Shown: one piece after another, positions 30,466 through 43,240 of the stretch
Layout: each line of letters starts with the position of its first letter
How positions within the stretch are numbered: the stretch's first letter is position 1
Assembly: GCA_963717295.1 (NCBI GenBank)
Contig: OY970330.1
Location: 5,227,717 to 5,291,716, forward strand
Reading direction: 5' to 3'
DNA: 64,000 nt
DNA from: Thermoanaerobaculaceae bacterium
GTDB lineage: Bacteria > Acidobacteriota > Thermoanaerobaculia > Multivoradales > UBA5704
Translations under genes and position numbers: made by a program
The notes under the pieces: generated by a model
Databases searched by the model: none
The model's input: the letters and a program-made list of their open reading frames with translations, nothing else
Told to the model about the DNA's origin: nothing

Positions 30466-32418
30466 TTACGCCCCCCGAACCATCAAATCAGCCACCGCCT
30501 TGTTGAAGCGCACGGGGTCGGGCAGCTCGCCGCCCTCGGCGATGAGGCCGTAGCCGAAGAGGAGCTGGGCGTAGTCTTCGAGCACCGGATCGTCGGCGTT
30601 CTTCTCGAAGTGCTCGCTCATCTTGGCCAGGATGTCGTGCTTCGGGTTGAGCTCCAGGATGCGGCGCTGCTTCGGGCCGCCTCCCTTGCCCTTCTGGAGG
30701 AGCTTTTCGAGCTGCGGGCTGTAGTCGTGCTCGGCGCCCACCAGGCAGACCGGCGAGCTCGTGAGACGGCTGGTGAGGCGCACCTGCTTGACCCAGGTGT
30801 CGAGCTTCTTCTGCAAGGCCTCGAGCAGCGGCTTCAACTCCTCCTCCTTGGCCTTCAGCTCCTCCTCGGTCTGCTTCTTCTCCTCCTCGTTGCCGAGCGA
30901 GACCGTGCCCTTGCCCGCCGACTTCAGCTTCTTGCCGCCGTACTCGTTGAGCGACTGGGTGAGCAGCTCGTCCACCGTGTCCACCAGGTAGAGCACCTCG
31001 TAGCCCTTTTCCTTGAAGGCTTCGAGGTTGGGCGAATTCTCCACCTGCGAGCGCGTCTCGCCCGTCAGGTAATAGATCTCGTTCTGCCCTTCCTTCATCC
31101 GCTCGACGTACTCCTTGAGCGAGGTGAGCTTCTCGGGATCGTTCGACGACTCGAAGACCAGCAGCTCCAGCAGCTTCTCCTTGTTCTCGTAGTCCGCGCT
31201 GGTGCCCTCCTTGATGGCGCGGCCGAACTCGCCCCAGAACTTGAGGTAGGTCTCCGGCTCCTTCTCCTTCATATCGGTGAGGACGTCGAGGATCTTCTTG
31301 GTCAACCCCTTGCGGATGAGGGTGATGAAGCGGTCCTGCTGCAACATCTCGCGGGAGACGTTGAGCGCCAGGTCGGGGGAGTCGACGACGCCGCGCACGA
31401 AGCGCAGATACTGCGGGAGCAGGTCCTCGCACTTCTCCAGGATCTGGATGCGCTTGACGTAGAGCTGAAGGCCGGGCTTCGAGGCCACGTAATAGAGGTC
31501 GTACGGCGCCTGCGCCGGGATGAACAGCAGGGCCTGATACTCGATGCGTCCCTCGGCCTTGTAGGAGATGACCTTGAGCGGCTCCGTCCAGTCGTGGGCG
31601 ATGTGCTTGTAGAACTCGTTGTAGTCCTCGGGCTTCACCTCGGACTGCGGCCGGGTCCAGATCGGCTTCATCGTGTTGAGAGTCTTCTCTTCCAGCGGCA
31701 TGACGGGTTTCTCGCCCGTCTCCTTCTCCTTGGCGAGATCCTCCATCTCCGGGTCCTTCTCGGCCTTGAGGATGATCGGGTAGCTGACGAAGTCCGAGTA
31801 GCGGCGGACGATGCGGCTGATCACCCAGCGGTCGGAGAAGTCGTCGAGGCCGTTCTCCTTGTCCTCGGCCTTGAGGTAGAGGGTGACGGAGGTGCCGCGG
31901 GCGGCTTTCTCGGTCTCCTCCACGGTATAGGTGCCGTCGCCGGTGGACTCCCAGCGGGTGGCGGCGGTCTCGCCCGCGCGGCGGGTCACCAGCACGACGC
32001 GCTCGGCGGCCATGAAGGAGGAGTAGAAGCCGACGCCGAACTGGCCGATCAGCTCCGCGATCGACTGCTGCGACTCGCCCTTCTTCATGCGGTCCACCAG
32101 CTCGCGGGTGCCGGACTTCGCGATGGTGCCGATGTTGGCGATGACCTCGTCGCGGCTCATGCCGATGCCGTTGTCGTTAATGGTGAGGGTGCGCAGGTTG
32201 CGGTCCGCCTCAATGCGGATCTGAAGCTCATCTCCGCCTTCGAGCAGCTCGGGATGAGTCAGCGCCTCGAACCGCAGCCGGTCGATCGCGTCGGACGCGT
32301 TCGAGATCAGCTCGCGCAGGAAGATTTCCTTGTTCGAGTACAACGAATGGATCATCAGGTCGAGGAGCTGCCGGGTTTCGGCCTGGAACTGCAGGGTCTC
32401 GACGGTAGCGGTAGCCAT
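30466..32418 (-). CDS. htpG: molecular chaperone HtpG (Hsp90)
   Basis: 650 aa, N-terminus MATATVETLQFQAETRQLLDLMIHSLYSNKEIFLRELISNASDA matches the HATPase_c GHKL fold. Confidence 0.9.
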   Translation of the reverse strand: MATATVETLQFQAETRQLLDLMIHSLYSNKEIFLRELISNASDAIDRLRFEALTHPELLEGGDELQIRIEADRNLRTLTINDNGIGMSRDEVIANIGTIAKSGTRELVDRMKKGESQQSIAELIGQFGVGFYSSFMAAERVVLVTRRAGETAATRWESTGDGTYTVEETEKAARGTSVTLYLKAEDKENGLDDFSDRWVISRIVRRYSDFVSYPIILKAEKDPEMEDLAKEKETGEKPVMPLEEKTLNTMKPIWTRPQSEVKPEDYNEFYKHIAHDWTEPLKVISYKAEGRIEYQALLFIPAQAPYDLYYVASKPGLQLYVKRIQILEKCEDLLPQYLRFVRGVVDSPDLALNVSREMLQQDRFITLIRKGLTKKILDVLTDMKEKEPETYLKFWGEFGRAIKEGTSADYENKEKLLELLVFESSNDPEKLTSLKEYVERMKEGQNEIYYLTGETRSQVENSPNLEAFKEKGYEVLYLVDTVDELLTQSLNEYGGKKLKSAGKGTVSLGNEEEKKQTEEELKAKEEELKPLLEALQKKLDTWVKQVRLTSRLTSSPVCLVGAEHDYSPQLEKLLQKGKGGGPKQRRILELNPKHDILAKMSEHFEKNADDPVLEDYAQLLFGYGLIAEGGELPDPVRFNKAVADLMVRGA

Positions 32419-32636
32419 GAATGTCCTCCTGGGTCTTCAAGATCTCGGGCCCAATTGCACAGAAGACGCAGGGCCACGGTTTGACCCTTCGAACGCTACG
32501 CACTGGGCTGGGAATTCCCCCTGGCCGGCCTCCGATGCGGAAGTCTGACGGCAGGGGCATCAAGCAAATATTAGTCAACGACGCGCAGGATTGCAAGCTG
32601 CGTAAGCCTGTAAGATCCTGAGAGAGGGAGGACGCG

Positions 32637-33140
32637 ATGGCCTGGGGACGAAAACGAGAAGGTGGCGGAGGATGCGTGGGCCTGCTGGCCCTGCTGCTGG
32701 CGGTCGTGGCTTTGGTGGTGGCCTGGGCGGCGTACAAGCGCACGGGCGGCGAGCTGGGGACAGTGTTGAAGGACGCGGGAGTCGAGAGCCGCGGCGCGGC
32801 CGGAGCCGACTCGGATCTCGCGGAATGGCGGGAGGATCTGGCCCAGGCCCGCGACCGGCTCCTGGGCCGCCGGGCCGAGGTGGCGGGGGACCGCAACCTG
32901 GATCAGGTACGCCGCGACGTGGAGCAGGTGCGGACCAGCCTGGAGCAGGCGTATCGCAAGGCCGGCGACAAGGCCGGTGCCGCGAAGGAGGAGTGGAAGG
33001 ATCTCGACGCCGATCTTCAGCGACTGGAGGGGCAACTCAAGGACGGCGGCTCCAAGGCCCTGGCCTCCCTCGACAAGGCGATCTCGAAGCTCCGCGACGC
33101 CACGAGCCCCAAGAAGGACGAGGAAGATCGCCGCCGCTGA
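32637..33140 (+). CDS. hypothetical membrane-anchored coiled-coil protein
   Basis: 167 aa, one TM helix (LLALLLAVVALVVAWAA) then charged helical region. Confidence 0.4.
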   Translation: MAWGRKREGGGGCVGLLALLLAVVALVVAWAAYKRTGGELGTVLKDAGVESRGAAGADSDLAEWREDLAQARDRLLGRRAEVAGDRNLDQVRRDVEQVRTSLEQAYRKAGDKAGAAKEEWKDLDADLQRLEGQLKDGGSKALASLDKAISKLRDATSPKKDEEDRRR

Positions 33141-33146
33141 CCTCCC

Positions 33147-34577
33147 TCAGTACATCGGTACCGAGGGATCCACCTGGAGGCTCCAGGCGTGGATTCCGCC
33201 GGCGAGGTTGATGGCGCGGGAGTAGCCCATCTGGCGCAGGAAGTTGACCGCCCGGGCCGACCGCATACCCGAGTGGCAGAGGGTCACGATGGTGGACGCC
33301 GGATCGAGCTCGCCCAGCCGGTCCTGAAGCTCGGGCAGGGGGATCAGCGTCGAGCCTTCGACGCGGCAGATCTCCCACTCCGGGGGATTGCGCACGTCGA
33401 GGACGGTCAACGGCCGCCCCTCGTCCATCCAGGCCTTGAGCTGGGGAGCCGAGATCTCGAAGGCCGCCTCCACTTCCTCGGCGTGCGGCTCGACGCCGCA
33501 GAACTGGTCGTAGTCGATCAGCCCGGTCTGTGTCGGGTGCTCGGAGCAGATGGGGCAGTTCGGGTCCTTGCGCAGCTTGAGCTCGCGGAACTTCATCTTC
33601 AGGGCGTCGAACAGCAGCAGGCGGCCGATCATTGGGTCGCCGGCGCCGACGATCAGCTTGATCACCTCGTTGGCCTGAAGCGAGCCGATGATCCCCGGCA
33701 GCACCCCGAGCACGCCGCCTTCGGCGCAGGAGGGGACGAGCCCCGGCGGCGGCGGCTCCGGGAAGAGGCAGCGGTAGCAGGGGCCGCGCGCCCCCCAGAA
33801 GATCGAGACCTGCCCCTCGAAGCGGAAGATGGAGCCATAGACGTTCGGCTTGCCCAGCAGCACGCAGGCGTCGTTGACCAGGTAGCGGGTCTGGAAGTTG
33901 TCCGTGCCGTCGACGACGATGTCGTAGTCCCGGAACAGCTCCAGGGCGTTCGAGGAGTCGAGGCGCAGCTCGTGGGGGACGATCTTGATGTGGGGGTTGA
34001 GGTCGCGCAGCCGGTCCGTCGCGGCCTGGATCTTCGGCCGGCCCACGGACGAGCGGCCGAAGAGCACCTGGCGGTGGAGATTGCTCTCGTCGACGACGTC
34101 GAAGTCCACCATGCCGAGCGTGCCCACGCCCGCCGCGGCCAGGTAGAGGCCGAGCGGCGAGCCGAGGCCGCCGGCGCCGACCGTCAGCACCTTCGCCGCC
34201 TTGAGCTTGCGCTGCCCGGCGGTGCCCACCTCGGGCATGATGAGGTGCCGGCTGTAGTGGCGGATCTCGGCCGGCGAAAGCTCGGGCAACTCGGCACCTC
34301 CGGCGCCCCCCGCGATCGACGGGATGATCGACAGCGTGTCGCCCGCGGCGATCGGCGTCGCCTCCTTCTGGAGGTGGCGCACGTCCTCGTCGTTGAGGAA
34401 GAGGTTGACGAAGCTGCGTAGCGCGCCTTCGTCGGTGTACAGGTGGCGCTGGAGCGCCGGATGCCGCCGGGTGAGGTCCTGCATCGCCTCGCCGACCGTG
34501 GCGCCCTCGACGACGACGTCGCTCTGCTCGCCGCTGAACCGGCGCAGGGGGGTGGGAATCTGAATCGTGACGCTCAA
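33147..34577 (-). CDS. in-frame fusion of a CysO/ThiS/MoaD-like sulfur-carrier protein (ending ...IIPSIAGG) to MoeZ-type E1 adenylyltransferase with C-terminal rhodanese domain
   Basis: TTG start 34575-34577 with AAGGAGG 7 nt upstream. Carrier domain (residues 1-93) ends in GG. It continues with no stop codon as AGGAELPELSPAEIRHYSRHLIMPEVG...VLTVGAGGLGSP (ThiF/MoeB fold) ...CHSGMRS (rhodanese). The 898-aa ORF-track entry is this gene plus an out-of-frame upstream extension. Confidence 0.75.
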   Translation of the reverse strand: MSVTIQIPTPLRRFSGEQSDVVVEGATVGEAMQDLTRRHPALQRHLYTDEGALRSFVNLFLNDEDVRHLQKEATPIAAGDTLSIIPSIAGGAGGAELPELSPAEIRHYSRHLIMPEVGTAGQRKLKAAKVLTVGAGGLGSPLGLYLAAAGVGTLGMVDFDVVDESNLHRQVLFGRSSVGRPKIQAATDRLRDLNPHIKIVPHELRLDSSNALELFRDYDIVVDGTDNFQTRYLVNDACVLLGKPNVYGSIFRFEGQVSIFWGARGPCYRCLFPEPPPPGLVPSCAEGGVLGVLPGIIGSLQANEVIKLIVGAGDPMIGRLLLFDALKMKFRELKLRKDPNCPICSEHPTQTGLIDYDQFCGVEPHAEEVEAAFEISAPQLKAWMDEGRPLTVLDVRNPPEWEICRVEGSTLIPLPELQDRLGELDPASTIVTLCHSGMRSARAVNFLRQMGYSRAINLAGGIHAWSLQVDPSVPMY

Positions 34578-35038
34578 CGTGCCGCCTCCTTCTGGAAACC
34601 GGCAAGAGCGCCGGAAACGATCTCCTCTTCCTCGAACCGCTCGCGGTCGTCGGAGAGGCGCCAGCTCCGGGTGTCCGCCACCCTGCCGCCCTCCACGGAA
34701 ACGATGACGTAGGACAACCCGGGCCAGGCGTGCTCGCGGTCGAACTCGCTCGGCCGCGCCGGATGGTCCGGATGGGAATGGTAGTAGCCCACGATATCCA
34801 GGCCTTGGGCGCGCGCCTCCTTGCTGGCGGCGAGCACGGTCTCGGGGCTGATCAGGTACCGGTTGTGCCGGCTCTCCTGCCGCTCGTTGCTCACCGGCAG
34901 GCTGCGCTCGACGGCGGTCACCCCTGTCGCGGCAACGAAACGGCCGATCAGGAAGCCGCAGCACTCTTCGGGGTAGCTGGCGGCCGCATGCTCCGTGGCC
35001 GCCTGCAAGTGGCTGGGCGTGATCTCCAGGCGAAACAT
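34574..35038 (-). CDS. mec: JAMM/MPN+ metalloprotease, Mec+-like
   Basis: 154 aa, EECCGFLIG...HSHPDHPARPSEFD (JAMM motif). TGA overlaps the TTG of the downstream carrier-E1 fusion (TTGA). Confidence 0.75.
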   Translation of the reverse strand: MFRLEITPSHLQAATEHAAASYPEECCGFLIGRFVAATGVTAVERSLPVSNERQESRHNRYLISPETVLAASKEARAQGLDIVGYYHSHPDHPARPSEFDREHAWPGLSYVIVSVEGGRVADTRSWRLSDDRERFEEEEIVSGALAGFQKEAAR

Positions 35039-35041
35039 GGT

Positions 35042-35995
35042 CTAGCTCTCCTCCCAGAACCGGTCGGACAGGTACTTGTCCGCTCCGTCGCACAGGACGG
35101 TAACCAGCGTGCCCTGCTGCAAATTCGTGGCGACCTCCAGGGCCGCCGCGACGTTGGCGCCCGACGAGATGCCCACCAGCAGGCCCGTCTCCCGCGCCAG
35201 GCGCTTCACCATGGCGTAGGCCCTCTCCGTCGGCATCTCGAGAGTCTGGTCCGCCAGCGCCGGATCGTAGATCGGCGGCACGATGGCTGTCGCCATGTGC
35301 TTCATCCCTTCGAGGCCGTGGAAGGGCGAGTCGGGCTCCATGGAGATCAGGCGCACCGCCGGGTTCTGCTCCTTCAAGAAGCGGCCCACACCCATGAAGG
35401 TGCCGCTGGTGCCCAGGCCGGTGACGAAGTGGGTGATCTGCCCTGCCGTCTGCTCCCAGATCTCCGGGCCGGTGGTGCGGTAGTGGGCGCGCCAGTTCTC
35501 CGGGTTCGAATACTGGTCGAGGTAGGCCCAGCGCTCGGGCTCCTCGGCCACCAGCCGGCGGGCTTCGAGGATCGCGCCGTCGCTGCCGGAAAGCGGATCG
35601 GTGATCCGCAGCTCGGCGCCGTAGGCCTTGAGGATGCGCTTGCGCTCGGGGCTCGCGCTCTCCGGCAGCGCCAGGGTCACCGGAATGCCCAGCGCCGCGC
35701 CGATCATGGCGTAGGCGATCCCCGTGTTGCCCGAGGTCGCGTCGAGTAGCCGCCGGCCGTTCGTGAACAGCCCGCGGCGCAACGCGTCCATGACCATCGA
35801 GAGCGCCGGCCGGTCCTTCACCGACCCTCCGGGGTTGGCCCACTCCGCCTTGGCGTAGAGCCGCACGCCCGTCCTGCCCGTGAGCTCCGAGAGGTCGATG
35901 AGCGGCGTGTTGCCAATCAGCTCGAGGAGAGGAACGGGCCGCCGCCGGTCCTGGACAGGAGCCAGATGTTCGAGGGAGAGGGCGACCGTCCGCAT
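35042..35995 (-). CDS. cysM: cysteine synthase (CysM/CysK family, PLP-dependent)
   Basis: 317 aa, ...EWANPGGSVKDRPA...TSGNTGIAYA... matches the PLP-dependent cysteine synthase fold. Directly upstream of mec. Confidence 0.85.
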   Translation of the reverse strand: MRTVALSLEHLAPVQDRRRPVPLLELIGNTPLIDLSELTGRTGVRLYAKAEWANPGGSVKDRPALSMVMDALRRGLFTNGRRLLDATSGNTGIAYAMIGAALGIPVTLALPESASPERKRILKAYGAELRITDPLSGSDGAILEARRLVAEEPERWAYLDQYSNPENWRAHYRTTGPEIWEQTAGQITHFVTGLGTSGTFMGVGRFLKEQNPAVRLISMEPDSPFHGLEGMKHMATAIVPPIYDPALADQTLEMPTERAYAMVKRLARETGLLVGISSGANVAAALEVATNLQQGTLVTVLCDGADKYLSDRFWEES

Positions 35996-36105
35996 GGCCG
36001 AATGAACGTAGCAGACGGGGGACGAGGTGTAAAGGATAGTAAGTCAGTCACGAATCCTTGCCGGACCCTGTCCGGGATATCCTTGCAGGAAGGGGGAAGA
36101 TCCAT

Positions 36106-36751
36106 GAACGACACTCCGCACACCGGCGACGACCGGGTTCCGCCGGGCCAGTACGTCACCGACAAGTGGCCGGTCCTCACCTATGGCCGCACACCTCAGG
36201 TGGAACGGGAGAAATGGACCTTCCGCGTCTTCGGCCTGGTGGACGCGGAGACGACCCTCTCCTGGAAGGATCTCCAGGCCCTGCCGCGCGCCCGCGTCAC
36301 GGCCGACTTTCACTGCGTGACCCGCTTCTCGACGCTGGACAACGGCTGGGAAGGCTTCTCCACCCGCGATCTCCTGAGCCGCGTCCGGGTCCACCCCGAG
36401 GCCTCGCACGTGATGGTTCACTGCTACGGCGGCTACACCACCAACCTTCCCCTGGAGGATTTCCTCTCCGAGCACGCGCTCTTCGCCGACACCCACAACG
36501 GCAAGCCGCTCCTTCTGGACCACGGCGGACCCCTGCGGCTGGTAGTGCCTCACCTCTACGCCTGGAAGAGCGCCAAGTGGGCGAACGGCGTCGAGCTTCT
36601 GTCGGAGGACCAGCGGGGCTTCTGGGAGGAGAACGGCTACCACACCTACGGCGATCCCTGGCTGGAAGAGCGCTTCAGCTCCCAGGAGACCACCCAGGCC
36701 TACCAGGTGCGCCGGCGGGCGAAGGAGCTGGGGATCGTGCCGGAGGAGTAG
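36106..36751 (+). CDS. sulfite-oxidase-family molybdopterin oxidoreductase (small YedY/YuiH-like)
   Basis: MNDTPHTGDDRVPPGQYVTDKWPVLTYG...FHCVTRFS...HLYAWKSAKW. True ATG at 36106. The ORF-track start at 35966 is an extension. Confidence 0.7.
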
Positions 36752-36760
36752 GCCTGCGAC

Positions 36761-36955
36761 TCAGGAGTCGAGGTCGATCGCCGCCCTGATCCCATCTTCG
36801 ACGGCCAGCAAGTCCGGCTCGGGTAGCGCCCCAATCGCCTCAATGACTTCGATTCCTGCTTCCTCTAGATCTCGGTCCAAGTCGAATTCCGTCCCCGCAT
36901 ACTCCTGGGCAAAGGCTGCGATCTCGGCGTGACGCTTGTAGGCCTTCGAGTCCAT
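36761..36955 (-). CDS. small acidic hypothetical protein (64 aa)
   Basis: MDSKAYKRHAEIAAFAQEYAGTEFDLDRDLEEAGIEVIEA... No confident family. Confidence 0.3.
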   Translation of the reverse strand: MDSKAYKRHAEIAAFAQEYAGTEFDLDRDLEEAGIEVIEAIGALPEPDLLAVEDGIRAAIDLDS

Positions 36956-37000
36956 GGCTCTGGCCCTCCCGCCAAACTGTATGTCATTCCGGAGTTGCGG

Positions 37001-37190
37001 CTAAGAGGGTTCTCAAAAGTGGTTGACGACGACGCCTATGGCGCCAGGGATTGAAATCACTTGGCTACTCTCTGTAGTCCCTACGGGACATGGGAAGGAA
37101 TTGCAGTCCCGGAGGGGACTTGGAGTCGGTAGCCAGGCGATTTCAATCCCTGGCGACGTAGGCGTGGCTGCCGCTCCTTTTGAGACACCC
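37001..37190. mobile_element. MITE copy 1 (~190 bp) with ~55-bp terminal inverted repeats containing GCCAGGGATTGAAATC
   Basis: Left arm ...ctcaaaag...acgcctatggcgccagggattgaaatcacttggctac and right arm (revcomp) ...acgcctacgtcgccagggattgaaatcgcctggctac. Central gtcccnnnnnnnngggac hairpin. Second copy at 57517-57703. Confidence 0.6.
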
Positions 37191-37282
37191 TCTAAAGACT
37201 CTCCCCCGCCCCTGCGGGCAGTTCAGACCCATCTCTCTTCTGCTATGATTCACCTGCTGTAACCGGTTTCATCCTGGAAGCC

Positions 37283-41599
<4,317 letters not shown>

Positions 41600-41616
41600 G
41601 CGCCTCATAAAAAGAA

Positions 41617-41643
41617 CCGCCGCTCCCTCGCTGGGGGCGGCGG
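41617..41643. terminator. bidirectional hairpin ccgccgc-tccctcgctgggg-gcggcgg between convergent pulA and the aldehyde dehydrogenase gene
   Basis: 7-bp GC stem in the 62-bp gap between the two stops. Confidence 0.45.
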
Positions 41644-41661
41644 TCCCTCACCCCCGGCCCT

Positions 41662-43020
41662 CTATTTCACCCACACCGTCTTGATGTTCACGAACTCCCG
41701 AATCCCCACCTCGGAAAGCTCCCGCCCGTAGCCGGACCGCTTGATGCCCCCGAACGGGAGGCGCGGATCGGACTTCACCATGCCGTTGACGAAGACGCTG
41801 CCGGACTGGATCTCGGCCGCGAGCGCCTCGCCGCGCGCGGAGTCGCTCGTCCAGATGCTGGCGCCGAGGCCCAGAGTGGAGAGATTGGCGAGCTCGACGG
41901 CGTGGTTGGCGTCGCGGGCGCGGGTGACCGCCGCCACCGGGCCGAAGGTCTCCTCGTCGAAGGCCGCCATCCCCGGCTCGACGCCGGTGAGGACCGTCGG
42001 CGCGTAATAAAAGCCCTTGCCGTCCAGGCGGTACCCGCCGGTGCGGAGCGTGGCGCCGGCCGCCACGGTCCGTTGCACTTGGTCATCCAGAGACTCGAGC
42101 AGATCCTCCCGGGCCATGGGACCGAGATCGTTGCCGCGATTCATGGGGTCTCCCACCTTCAGCGCCGCCATGGCCTGGGCGAGCTCCTCTTCGAAACGAT
42201 CGGCGATCGTCTCCTCAACCAGGAAGCGCTTGGCGGCGATGCAGCTCTGGCCGGAGTTGATCGTCCGCGCCTTGGCCGCCTGCCTGGCCGCCTCCACCGG
42301 ATCGACGTCACCCAGCACGATGAAGGGATCGGAGCCGCCCAGCTCCAGCACGGTCTTCTTGAGATTCTTCCCCGCCTCGGTCGCCACCTCGATTCCCGCC
42401 TTCTCGCTGCCCGTGAGGGTCACGGCGCGGATTTGCCGGTGGGAGATGACGCGCTTGACCTTCTCCGAGGAGATGAGGAGGGTGGTCATCGCGCCGTCCG
42501 GGAACCCGGCGTCGCGGAAGACCTCCTCGATGGCGAGGGCGCAGCCGGGAACGTTCGAGGCGTGCTTCAGCAGGCCGACGTTACCCGCCATCAGGGCGGG
42601 AGCGGCGAAGCGGAAGAGCTGCCAGAAGGGAAAGTTCCACGGCATGATGGCGAGCACCGGCCCCAGAGGCTCGTAACGGATGAAGCTGCGGGTGGCGTCC
42701 GTGACGACGGCCTCTTGAGCGAGGAACCGTTCCGCGTGCTCGGCGTAGAAATCGCAGACCCAGGCGCACTTGTCGACCTCGGCCTCGGAGGCGGCAATCG
42801 TCTTGCCCATCTCCTCCGTCATCGTCCGGCCATAGTCGCCGGCCCGGTCGCGCAGCAGGTCCGCCACGCGGGTCATGAGACGCGAGCGCTCGGCGAAGGG
42901 AACCCTTCGCCAGGGGGCGAAGGCGGAATCGGCACGCGCCAGGATCTCGTCGACCTGGGCGTCGTCGTGATCGGGGTAGTCGCGGATCAGCTCGCCGGTG
43001 GCGGGATTGACGGCTTTCAT
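41662..43020 (-). CDS. NAD(P)-dependent aldehyde / succinate-semialdehyde dehydrogenase
   Basis: 452 aa, ALDH-superfamily layout (GSEKAG...ELGG...EETFGPV). Starts MKAVNPATGELI. Confidence 0.85.
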   Translation of the reverse strand: MKAVNPATGELIRDYPDHDDAQVDEILARADSAFAPWRRVPFAERSRLMTRVADLLRDRAGDYGRTMTEEMGKTIAASEAEVDKCAWVCDFYAEHAERFLAQEAVVTDATRSFIRYEPLGPVLAIMPWNFPFWQLFRFAAPALMAGNVGLLKHASNVPGCALAIEEVFRDAGFPDGAMTTLLISSEKVKRVISHRQIRAVTLTGSEKAGIEVATEAGKNLKKTVLELGGSDPFIVLGDVDPVEAARQAAKARTINSGQSCIAAKRFLVEETIADRFEEELAQAMAALKVGDPMNRGNDLGPMAREDLLESLDDQVQRTVAAGATLRTGGYRLDGKGFYYAPTVLTGVEPGMAAFDEETFGPVAAVTRARDANHAVELANLSTLGLGASIWTSDSARGEALAAEIQSGSVFVNGMVKSDPRLPFGGIKRSGYGRELSEVGIREFVNIKTVWVK

Positions 43021-43051
43021 GCTTTTGAGGCCTCGCTGCGGGGCGAGGCGA

Positions 43052-43146
<95 letters not shown>

Positions 43147-43240
43147 GTGCGGTCCGGCAGGGAGAGCACATTGTAGGGAAGGAGAGGCCGGGAGTCAAAA
43201 ATCCCGCGATAGACTGTCCTCGCCCCCAGGGGCTCTTACC

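Noticed and set aside
32419-32636. Sigma-32 heat-shock promoter or CIRCE element upstream of htpG
   Set aside because: I could not find a convincing CTTGAA-N13-15-CCCCAT or TTAGCACTC-N9-GAGTGCTAA match by eye. Left uncalled.
33147-35843. 898-aa ORF suggesting one giant protein spanning cysM, mec and moeZ
   Set aside because: The first ~420 codons are an out-of-frame read over cysM and mec with a nonsense translation. The real gene starts at the TTG at 34577, which has an AAGGAGG Shine-Dalgarno.
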